NCBI GenBank assembly: GCA_951406725.2
Contig: OX597814.1
Span: forward strand, 78,678,001-78,742,000
DNA: 64,000 nt
Direction: 5' to 3'
Source: Octopus vulgaris
Lineage: Eukaryota
In this document: positions 53,097 to 64,000 of the stretch, in pieces
Layout: the number at the start of each line of letters is the position of its first letter
How positions within the stretch are numbered: position 1 is the first letter of the stretch
Notes under the pieces: model-generated
Databases searched by the model: none
The model's input: the letters and a program-made list of their open reading frames with translations, nothing else
What the model was told of the DNA's origin: nothing
Position numbers and translations under genes: made by a program

Positions 53097-53390
53097 ATAA
53101 GAAATGGAGTTAACCCTAAACAAGTTTGAAACCAGATTAGCTGTTTTAGTCTTCTAATATACTTCCATTCACACACAAGGTGCTTCATATAGGATAAGAA
53201 ATAAAGTTAATCCTAACAAGGTTTGAAACTGGATTAGCTGTTTTAAGTCTTCTAATATACTTCCATTCACACACAGGGTGCTTCATATTGGGTATGAAAT
53301 AAAGTTAATTTTAACATGGTTTGAAACCAAATTAGTCGTTTTAGCCTTCTAATATAACTACAATCAATTTACATATGGAATGCTTCATAC
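53097..53390. repeat. Tandem repeat, 3 units of ~97 bp
   Basis: TTTGAAAC at 53125, 53222 and 53320; TTCTAATATA and TGCTTCATA recur in each unit. Confidence 0.9.
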
Positions 53391-53411
53391 TAATGTTACT
53401 CTACATTTGAT

Positions 53412-53965
53412 TTTACTTGTTTAAGTCATTAGATTGCAGCTATGCTGGGGCACCACCTTGAAGACATTTTAGTCAAAAAAATTGACCCAGGTACTTTTTA
53501 TTAAAGCCTAGTACTTATTCTATCAATCTCTTGCTGAACAGCCAAGTTAAGGACACATAAACCCACCAACACTGGTTGTCAAGTGGTGGTGGTAGATGAA
53601 CAGAGGTGACCCACCACCACACAACAGGCTTCTTTCAGTTTCAGTCTATCAAATCTACTCAGAAGGCTTTGGTTGGCCTGGGGCTATAGTAGAATACATT
53701 TGCCTAAGGTGCCATGGAGTAGGACTGAACCCAAAGCCATGTGGTTAAGAAGCAAGCTTGTTATCACACAGTCACTTAGGATGCTTTATGCAAATATCTC
53801 AGAATCTCAGTAGTTGACTGGTACTTTATTTTACTGGTCCTGGGGGGATGAGTAACAAAGTTGATTAGACAGGATTCGAACTTGATATGAAAAATCATAA
53901 CTAAATAAATCAAGCATTTTTTTCCTAAGGCACTAATTGCTCCACCATTCCAGCCACTTGCCATA
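53412..53965 (-). mobile_element. Family A SINE (53412-53775) followed by a decayed family B copy
   Basis: Family motifs as above. Confidence 0.8.
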
Positions 53966-55399
53966 AACAGTAATTTTTAGTTAACTACTGTTAGAACCAA
54001 TAATGGGCTCTGGCAAATGGTCGAAGTGTCGCAGTAGTCCTTTCAGAGTCTGACTTGTGTGTCTTTCCTCACCATCATTGTTGAAGAAGAACCAACCAAC
54101 CATCCACAGGGAAACTGTGGAAATTTGACAAGTGATCTCTGATTCAAAGATCTATACAGACTCACTCAATGAGGGATCATATCAGAACATCTTTCTTATA
54201 AACCTGCCTGTATCTGTAGCCAAATCCAAACGCATTGAGAAAACCACTGAATTTGTTATGAATGATATAATTGCCATCAATGTATCCAAAGATATAACTG
54301 ATCTACAAACATTTGTTGACTAGTCATCCAAAGTCTTTTGTATTTCTTCAAAAAAGATGTTCACTGCCTTGGTCAACCAGAATCCAAACTCAGACTAGTT
54401 GAACTGGCCTTGAGTTCTACTAAAGTATGGGCATACTGTTTAGCCTTTGGTAAGACAAGGTGAAAAAATTGAAATGCTTTTTGAATTCCTCCTAGTTTAC
54501 TACCTAACATATAACTAAAGCTATGAAGTGTAACTTCTTTCAACCATGACTCAAGGCTGCATTAAAGTTTTAATCCATGTGATGATTGACAGATCTGGAA
54601 ATTTGTTAAGTCTGGTGACACATAGAAAAGGGATGGAAGCTGGTCTGAAGATATCAAACCAACAATGGGCGGTGATGCAAAACCTTTGGGAAACTAAACA
54701 AGAATAATATGTTATTCTCAATGAATTATGATCAGTTTAAATATATTTATAAATTACTGTCATTAAATGCCTGAAGTTTAAGCAACAAGGTCCACATATC
54801 TGACTCTTACATTAAAAATACTGATCCTCATTTTATTACAATAACAGAAATATGGGCACAATCATTACTTTGTGATGTTGTTTTTAGCATGGCTGGTAAT
54901 GATTTGTTTCATAAGACTGCACTAATTGCTGTGGGAGAGTGGTATGACGGTGTACATTTGCTCAAGTTTTTCAGCCTTGCAATGGTTGGAACTAGTTGCA
55001 GCAAAAGATATTTTTCTGTGACATTTGTATAAGCATGTCAATACTTCTTGGAGTTGTTTGCTGTTCCTGTACCACAATCAAGGCACATATCTTTTTGATA
55101 CGCCCCCCCCAGTTGCATCTAGGAGAAAAAAAAACACCTAAAAACATATAACTGAAAATTATAAAAGCCACAAAAAAACATAATTGAAAGAGAAAACCAA
55201 CCATTCTTGATATGATGAAGCTGAGAGCTGTGGCAATCAGTAAGTTTAACTGTGATAACACAAGTGTTCAGTAACCACAGAGTACCTATTTCAATCTTGG
55301 TTAGAACATCATCATCCATGAATAGCATATCTCGTTGAATTATATACACTGTCTCCTTCCACTTCTCTCTCTCTCTCTCTTATGTTATATAAACATCAG

Positions 55400-55692
55400 A
55401 ACCTTTGATACCTTTTATAACCATGTACTACAGAGCATAATGTTTGATACACAACACTGTTTGATACATGCATAGGATATTGTTTGATATATATATCTAT
55501 AGCTCACTCTTTGATACATAACACATTGTTTTATGCACAGCACACTGTTTTATTATAGTATACTGTTTGATACACTGTGCATTGTTTAATGCATACATAT
55601 GATACTGTTTTATAGACAGCAAACTGTTTCATGCAAAACACACTGAATACACATACATAGGAAACTGTTTGATACAAGGCATATATTTGACA
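55400..55692. repeat. Degenerate minisatellite built on (A)CTGTTTGATAC
   Basis: About 12 TGTTT(G/T/A/C)AT or CTTTGAT cores at roughly 20-bp spacing. Confidence 0.75.
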
Positions 55693-56011
55693 GAATCAAT
55701 AGATTAAGGAGAAAAAAAAAACAAAAACAAAAAAAAATGAACCTTCACATTTAATAATTAAAAAAAAAAATTGATTGGTAATGATAAATGATTTGCAGAA
55801 TCATTAAGGAACTGAACAAAATGCTTTGTGGTATACGTTCCAACCCTTTACATTCTGAGTACAAATCCTGCCAAAGTCAATTTTGCTTTTAATTCTTTCA
55901 GACTTGATAAAATAAAAAAAACTGGTTGATTTAACTAACTGTTCTCCTGCCCATAAATTTGTGGCTTTGTTCCAATTCTACAAGAGATAATACAGCCAAT
56001 ATCATTTTTAA

Positions 56012-56232
56012 CCCTTCTGATACCAACCTGCCTGAAACTGCCTCTGATTCAACAGTACAAACTTTCTGTCTCAAAGTGATCAAAATCAAACCTTCCATTA
56101 AAATTTCACGCTAATTTATGTTCTAAATGCCAGTTTAATAACGACAAAGTTATTTGACTAAATTCTTCATTATTTTGAAAATAAATGGAGACAAAGATAG
56201 TACACTCCAGCATAAATATGGTAACAGAAGGG
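56012..56232. mobile_element. piggyBac-like MITE family 2, decayed
   Basis: TTAA-CCCTTCTGATACCA...TGGTAACAGAAGGG. Confidence 0.8.
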
Positions 56233-57539
56233 GTAAAGTTATATAATGGACAGAAGAAGCCATCCACTGATCTGTGCAATTTTCCACATTGGAAACTAAA
56301 TTCCATTGTCACAAAATGAGAAAACTTTTGAACAGTTCCCAACTTATTATTAATACTGCTGAGAAACAACTGACTTTAGCTCAACATAAAAATCTATACA
56401 GCAAAATAAATAGCAGAACCAGTTAAAAAAATAAGCAACAGCAGCAGCATGTTTCTGGCGATCTTATGTCATTCACCCTTTTGATGGCACACATATGTTT
56501 GTCTCACATATTATATGTAAAATCTCTGCAAAAGATATTAAAAATTCTCTTCCGTTCCTAACACTGTACTACATTCCCCACCCACCCCTCTCTCTCTCAC
56601 ACACATGCTTGTATATTCTCTTTCATTTGCTTTCTCTCTAAATACACACACATGACAAGCTACATTCAGATTTTGTTTATCAAATCTATTCACAAGGCTT
56701 TGGGGCCTGGGGTTATAGAAGTCACTTGCCTAAGGTGCCATGCAATGAGACTGAACTCAAGAATACATGGTTGGGAAGGAAACTTCTTAACAACACACAC
56801 ACACACACACACAGAGTGAAGGTGTTTGGCCTAGTGGTTAAAGTGTTAGCTCAAGATCATTAGGTTGTGGGTTCATTTCTTAGATTGGGTGATGTGATGT
56901 GCAAAGCACTTCATACCATTCTAGTCAATATAGCAATAATGAGTATCTACCAGGGTACTGGTACAAGCCTTGCTCTCACCAACTGTCACATCTTGGATGC
57001 TCTACTAGACCAAGGATGAAGGGATGAGAAAGTGTCTGGAACAACATAGGACCTAAAACAATTAGCAAGAGTATGATACCTGTCTTTTATATGTATATCA
57101 TAAATAGCTATGAAGTAAATGATCAAGATTTTTATAAGATTGCAACAAAAAGTGAACAAGATTACCTATGGGAATTGAACTATATATCCATCATGTACTG
57201 GAGTGTAATACAAGACTGTTTGGTAATGTTAGACCAATCAGGTTAAGTGGCTGCTGATGTTTATTTAATTTCACCTGTCTCACTTGAAAATCAATGTTAA
57301 CTTATCTCTAAGGAGTTAATGAGTGCTAATTTGATGTGTTAATTCATTCAGAAGTATTCTAGTGTAAGTGGTGACATGGACATCCATGTCTTACTTTAAA
57401 TGTAAAATTCCAAACTTACGTACACAGTTTGTACCTAAAGTAATGTAAAAGTGGACATTGTCATAAGTCACTCAAACTTCTTAACAACACACACACATTT
57501 GTTCATAAACTAACTGTTTCTTTATTCTATCTCTTCCTG

Positions 57540-58690
57540 TTTTTCTTCATTGCAGGCAAATAATAATTTCTAAGCACAAGAAGTGTGCTCTCATTGAATT
57601 TTTGACAAAGGAGGAGAACAAGCTGTCTGACATTCAGATGGCTATAGGTTGTTTCTGGACATAAACACCGTTAACAAGAGCAATGCGCTCAGACGGATGA
57701 AGTTTAAAGGAGGTATAACCAGCATTGAAGACAAACCATGCAGTGGGAGACCATCAATTTCAGCCACTGACATGACTCTTCAGTGAATGGATGAATTGAG
57801 TGATGCAGACAGATGAGTCACAATACATTGGTTTGCTGCACAACTGGATTGTGGTCACAATGCATTAAAAAAGATGATGAAAGACTTTGGTATTGGAAAG
57901 TGTGTGCAATGTGGGTATCTTGACAGCTGACACCTGATTTAATGGAGAGAAGGGTGGATTTGCAGGATCTGATCTGATCAGATCTGATTTGCTGGAAGTG
58001 TTTGATACCAAAGAGGATATGTTTATTTCTGATCTGGTGACAGGGGTTGAAATGAAGTCGTATCTTTCTGATCTAAACAATGGCCTTAGTTCATGGAAAG
58101 GCATTGCTCCTCTTAATAAAAGCTCAATAAAGAGCCAGTAATCAACAAAGAAAAAGTCATGGTGACCTTTTTTTGGGGATGACAAAACATAATTACTTTT
58201 TACCTTCTAGAACATGGTTGTCCTGTAAACAGCATGCAGTACCATGACATGCTTGAAAAGCTTAAAGTAACCTTTAAGGTGAAGAGACAAAACAAGAATC
58301 TGTAAACAATCCACATTCATCAAGACAATGCATAACCATGCACATCTTTGATTACAAATCAAGCAATTGGTAAATTGAGATGGTCCATGGTCCCCCATTC
58401 ATTGCATTGTTGGGATCTAGTGCCTTTAAACTTCCACCTGTTCAGTACAATAAAGGACAATCTTTGAGGACAATGATTTTAAGATACAGATGACATGAAA
58501 GTGGCAGTGAAGAAGTTGGTATAACAGTGCACATCTGAATTTTTTTCATTCAACAGCTGGGGTTAAAGATGGTGCAAGTGTATCACTTGTGATTGAGACA
58601 ATACTGAATTGTAGTATCTCTGTACAGATGAATAGTTACTTTGCCAACATGTACAATGATTTATGTCAAGCAGTGAAAAGTTATACCCAC
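57540..58690 (+). mobile_element. Decayed mariner transposon
   Basis: IEFLTKEE, FKGGITSIEDKPCSGRP, KVCAMWV (WVPxxL position), LVTGVE (TGDE position), KKVMVTFFW, HQDNA, DLVPLNFHLF; many stops; TIRs not identified. Confidence 0.75.
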
Positions 58691-58747
58691 TTTTGCAATA
58701 GTGTTGCAGAATCTATATGGGTGTATGTAGGATGTAGTATTCTTTTA

Positions 58748-59112
58748 TTCTTTTACTTGTTTCAGTCATTAGACTGCAGCCATGCTGGAGCACTGCCTGG
58801 AATTTTTAGTTGAATGAATTGACCTCAGTACTTATTTTTTTAAAGCCAGTTACTTATTCTATCAGTCACATTTTGCCAAACTGTTAAGTTATGAGAATGC
58901 AAACACACCAACACTGGCTGTCAAGTGGTGGTGGGGAGACAAATATAGACACAAAAAACACACACACACATATATATATACACGATGAGCTTCTTTGGTC
59001 AGTTAAAAGCTACAGTAGAAGACACTTGCCCAAGGTGCCACATAGTGGGACTGAACCTGGAACCATGTGGTTAGGAAGCAAGCTTCTTACCACACAGCCA
59101 CACCTGTGCCTA
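58748..59112 (-). mobile_element. Family A SINE abutting the maT TIR
   Basis: Head revcomp ACCACACAGCCACACCTGTGCCTA ends at the TA run before CAGGGTG. Confidence 0.85.
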
Positions 59113-59116
59113 TATA

Positions 59117-59989
59117 CAGGGTGTAGTGTATAAATTGTTGTTTAAATTACACAAAAATGAATATAATACTGACATCTCATTTTAACAGATATATTTACCA
59201 AAATTACATTAAAAAATCTTGAAATATTGAAGAGTTTATTTTTTCAATAAAATCGCAATTGACTTCAACCATGGCCTCCAGATGACTTTGGAATTTCCTG
59301 CAACTCTTTTGGACAGTCTCCTTGTTTAAGTTGGTGAATGCTGCCATAATCCTTGCCTTCAGTTCATCTTTTGTGTTACAAAGAGTTTTGTTGGTCTTTC
59401 CCTCAACTGTGCTCCACACATAATAATCAAAGGTGTTGCAGTCTGGAGAGTTAGGTGACTAGATGCAAGGGGTGATATGGTCACAGAAATTGTCTGACAG
59501 CCATGACTGCATTCTCCTACTTGTGTGGCATGGTGCAGAGTCCTGTTGTCAGATGTAGGGTCTTCCAGCAGCCACCCTCTTGACCTAGGGCAGCACTACC
59601 TCCTCAAGGCACTTGATGTAGGCCTCTGTGTTAAGTCTGGGGCTGTGTGGGATGATGACTGAAAGCATAATGTTGCCATCACTAGTGGTCACTTCAAACA
59701 CCATGATGTTGACTGGATGTTTGATTTTTATCACTCTCGGTACATGTCCTCAGATTGACACCCAAATACTCTGAAATGTTCATATTAGAGCTTCTGGTGC
59801 AAATGCCAAGCAATACAGCATGTTGTTTCCAAATTTCTGGCAGAGTGAATTGCATTATGGTGCTGTTTTTCTCACAGATGATGCTCATTTGACCCTACCA
59901 TACTGTGTCATCAACAAAATCAAAAGCAAACAATGTGCATGTGCAAAATTTAAAATTTAAAATTGCGACAAATTACCCATCGCACCGAG
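59117..59989 (-). mobile_element. DD37D (maT) element with both ends, internally deleted
   Basis: TA-CAGGGTG...CACCGAG-TA; minus strand QQDSAPCHTSRRMQSWLSDNFCDHITPCI*SPNSPDCNTFDYYVW has 37 residues between the second and third Asp. Confidence 0.9.
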
Positions 59990-60011
59990 TATCTATCTAT
60001 CTATCTATTTG

Positions 60012-60052
<41 letters not shown>

Positions 60053-60736
60053 TTTATCTTTTACTTGTTTCAGTCATTAGACTATTTCAAATGCTGGAGT
60101 AATTTTAGTTGAATGTACCTCACCCTTGCGTGTGTTCAAGTCTTAAAATGGATTCACATATCTGTACAAATTTTGGTAGACTTCATTTTTGAAGTTTGAT
60201 GTCCTAACTTCTTGGCACTTGATTCACAGCTAACAGAAGAATGGTGATTGTTACAAACTAATAAAACTGAAATGATCAGGGCAATATACTCTACTTTGAC
60301 TGCGTGTTGCGGTTGCAGGAAGCTGGGTGCTTAATTAAGTAAATAAAGGAATAAAATGTTGGTAAATTTATTTCCTGCATGTCATAACAGGTACTGGCAG
60401 TTTTATTAGCAACAAATATTTCCTGGCAGAACTTTAGTTGGGTATGGACGGCTTTGTGAGAATCTAGGGGTAAGATGTGAACAAAAGTCATATACAGGTA
60501 AACTTACCCATTGGAGGAACAATAATAAGTTTTCCTCACTTCCGTCCCCACCAGCCACTACAAAAATTATTGTCAAATTGGCATGCGTTATTCTTTTGTA
60601 TTTGGAAGTGATGGTGTTGGCGGGGGCATCAGCAGAGGAAGTGTCATTGTAAGGTAGTAAAAATAGTTGTAGGAGAACTAACTGACCTTAGTGGTTATGG
60701 AGACTTTGCTTAAAGAAACAACAGGAAAAAATCAGT

Positions 60737-61093
60737 CATGGCTGTGTCATAAGAAGTTTGCTTCCTAACCATATGGTTCCAAGTTCAGTCCCACTTTGTG
60801 ACACCTTAGGCAAATGTCTTCCACTATAGCCTTGGGCAGACCAAAGCCTTGTGTGTAGATTTGGTAGCTGGTAACTGAAATGTGTGTGTATGTATGTGTT
60901 TGTGTCTGTCCCCCTACACACTGCTTGACAACTGGAGTTGGTGAGTTAACATCCCTGTAACAAGGCAGTTCAACAAAAGCAACTGATAGAATAAGTACCG
61001 GGCTTAAAAAATAGTAAATAATAGTGTCGATTCATTTGACAAGAATTCTTCAAGGTAGTGCCCCAATATGATTGTAGTCTAATGACTGAAACA
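60737..61093 (+). mobile_element. Family A SINE
   Basis: Head-to-tail match. Confidence 0.85.
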
Positions 61094-61259
61094 ACACACA
61101 CACACACACCTGATGAAGAGGATGGACGTAAATAATCTCCATGATAATGAGTACATTGGTAAGTATATAACAAAAATACCAAAACTTACACACAAAGTCC
61201 AGAAAATAGCACAAATTGTACACATATCACACAGAGTAATTATGCTAATAATAATAATA

Positions 61260-61472
61260 ATCCTTTCTATAGGCACAAGGCTTGAAATTTTAAGGGAGGA
61301 GATAGTTGATTATATCAACCCCAGTACTCAATAGGTACTTATTTCATCAACCCCAAAAGGGCAAAAAGCAAAGCTGACCTTGGAGAAATCTGAACCCAGA
61401 TTGTAAAATTGGTGGTGCTGCTGCTAAGCATTTTATTCAGCACAGTAATGATTCTGACAATGCACCACCTTT

Positions 61473-61513
<41 letters not shown>

Positions 61514-62050
61514 TGGCTCAAATTTTTCCACAAGGGTAGCAATTTTGGGGGAGGGGATGCGTCAATTACATCGACCCCCAGTGTTCAACTGATACTTATT
61601 TTAATCAACTCCAAAAGGATGAAAGGCAAAGTCTACCTCAGTAGAATTTGAACTCAACATAAAGACGGACAAAATACCACTAGCATTTTGCCCAGTGTGC
61701 TAATGATTTTGCCAGCTTTGCCACCCTAAATAATAATAACAACAAGAATGGTTTCAAATTTTTGGCTCTCCAGCAATTTTAGGGGAGGTGGTAAGTTGAT
61801 TACATAGATTCCAGTGCTCAACTTCTTATATTAATGACCCTGAAAAGATGAAAGGCAAAGTCAGCCTCAGCAACATTTGAACTTGGAATGTAAAGACAGC
61901 TTAAATACTGTTAAGCAAATACCGCTAACATGGTTAGCAGTTATAATTGATGCAACTGACTGGCCAGCACAAGGCTAGTTGATTATATTGACTCCAGCAA
62001 CTAACTGGTACTTTGTTTTATTAATTGTAGAGGCATGGAAGGCAAGGATA
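61260..62050 (-). mobile_element. Head-to-tail array of about four family B SINEs, mostly separated by (AAT)n
   Basis: GAAAGGCAAAG-like core at ~61360, 61621, 61850 and 62038. Confidence 0.8.
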
Positions 62051-63880
62051 ACAATTTTGTTAACCCATAATAAACCTGAAGAGGTTTATTGAGACTGAAA
62101 CATGTCTAGAATTATCTACCAGACATGCTGAAGGAACTGAAAATAATAGTTGCTGACTACTATTGCTTTTACTTAACCTCATATTTTCCAAGTTACCTTA
62201 TAGTTAGCTTTTCGATGTTCCTGACATTAAAGATATAGCACTAACTTAACTAGAAACACATGAATGGTTAATATAAAATGAAACACCTACTTACTACAGC
62301 CTAGCTATGTGTTACTGAAAAGGAAACAGCACTTATGTAATTTTTTTATTTAATCAAAATTAATCTTTGAAAGATTGTGATTGATATTGGTACTGATAGC
62401 CAAAGGCACAATTTTATTACAATTTATTGTTTGTTTATTCTATGTTCAGTCATTGAGTTATGGCTATCATGCTGTCTTCTTCTTCATATGAGAAAAATAG
62501 TGACTAGTCAGCTTTGAAAGTTTTTGAACATTTCAAAGATAACTAGACATAATTAAATCAATATATATTTTTTGACCTATCGCTGTACCAAGTTTTGATA
62601 GCAACATGATTCCCAAGAACTACAGAACCAAAAATACACGCAAAATCAACCCAGTGAGGAAACTTAACAAACAGAGAAACATGAGGTAGAAACTGATGGT
62701 GAGCTGCAAAGTCAAAACATCTAAGAAAACAAATGTTTATGATATAGCTAGAAATGGAGCAGAGCTGAGGAGGTAGAGGTTATCAAAGCTTTCTTCATTG
62801 ACAAATTAAAACTCCTTGAGCAACATCACAGAGTTGCTTGACCAAATCAGGCAAGAAAAAAATCCCAATAGTCATCCACAAATAAAAAGCATATAACTTG
62901 TCAAACATTAGAAGTGATATTATGTAAACAACAACAACAATATCAACATCAATAACAACCAAATAATCTTTGATGAAGAGGAAAAACAGAGCACAGAGCT
63001 ACTAAAAAGGCAAAAATACAACACAATAATTCTGTATAACCCAACAACAATCGCAATAACAGAACATAACTATACAGCAATCCATCTACAGCACATAAAC
63101 ATAGTAAGAGAAACAAAAAAACAACATTAAGCCTATCAGAGCCAAGTAAGAATAAAGAACAATATTTCAATGCCAACACATGCAAATAAATACAATCACT
63201 TGGATATTATAATAGACAGCCCTTAAGTTAGCAGCATATCCCCAAACATTGGCAAATAGAGGCCTTTATCATTATCAGGCAAGCCTTTAATTTGTCAGAA
63301 GAGACTAGTAAATCAGATGAGCTCAGTAGTTGCTAATATGCAGTTAGCCAGTTCAAAGGAGCAGTGGCCATTGTAACATTAGTAAAAGGAGCAGAAAGAT
63401 GAATCAGCACAGCTGTGAGCCAGTGATTAAACTGTGTCAGTGGCTGATTTATTCCCAATCTTCTGAGTGATTTTTGTTTGGATGAGCTCTAAGATGTTTT
63501 CACATGTAGCAGCTGCACTGTTTCAAATATCTCAGGAGTAGTTCATTGTTTATAGTTGATTTTGTAGAGGCTGAAGCATTTTCTGGACTAGAATAGGAAT
63601 ATTTGTGTTTGTGATGCAGTTTAGACAATCTTATAATATATATGGATGTTGCCATGAAAAATGATCTTTTGTAGTAATGTTGATGGCTTTAGTTGGACAT
63701 CGTTCATGTATATGGATAGTGTGTAGTGTGTAGTGCAAGGTAGTTTATTTCATATGTGTGGTAATTATTTCTTGGTACTCTGGAAGATTGTCAGACTATC
63801 AATGTATCAAATATTAACTAACAAATGTATGGCTGCAGAATATAGTAACAAAAACAGTTGGCATTGAAAAAAAAATCTCT

Positions 63881-64000
63881 GGGCTGTGTAGTAAGAAGCT
63901 TGCTTTTCAACCACATGGTTCCAGGTTCAGTCCCACTGCATGACCCCTTGGGTGAGTGTCTTGTACTAGAATCTTGAGCCAACCAAAGCCTTGTGAGTGG
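63881..64000 (+). mobile_element. Family A SINE head, cut by window end
   Basis: GGCTGTGTAGTAAGAAGCTTGC...GGTTCAGTCCCACTGC. Confidence 0.85.

Noticed and set aside
62060-63800. Possible decayed retrotransposon pieces (IYMND-like motif on the minus strand near 63700)
   Set aside because: Isolated short motifs only; boundaries and family cannot be supported.
1-64000. A novel multi-gene system
   Set aside because: No intact protein-coding gene was found; all recognisable coding homology belongs to disabled transposable elements.

Overview
AT-rich, repeat-saturated eukaryotic DNA, most likely an intron or intergenic region of an octopus (coleoid cephalopod) genome; the species is inferred from the tRNA-derived SINE families and the (TA)n/(CA)n/(AAT)n load. 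I find no intact host protein-coding gene, tRNA, rRNA or CRISPR array. Almost all listed ORFs are microsatellite read-throughs or transposon fragments. Recognisable elements: a terminally intact Chapaev3-type DNA transposon with TAA TSD (1075-3185), two complementary DD37D (maT) Tc1/mariner copies, a decayed mariner, a Tc1 3' end, several RTE-clade LINE remnants, a probable non-autonomous Helitron, two families of TTAA piggyBac-like MITEs and more than 40 SINE copies from at least four families. The most unusual items are five long palindromes/fold-backs, CpG-rich inserts inside (TA)n tracts, and two short non-repetitive islands near 43.4-44.2 kb that may be regulatory. I could not support a new multi-gene system from this sequence. 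Coordinates of decayed repeats are approximate and identities were estimated by eye.
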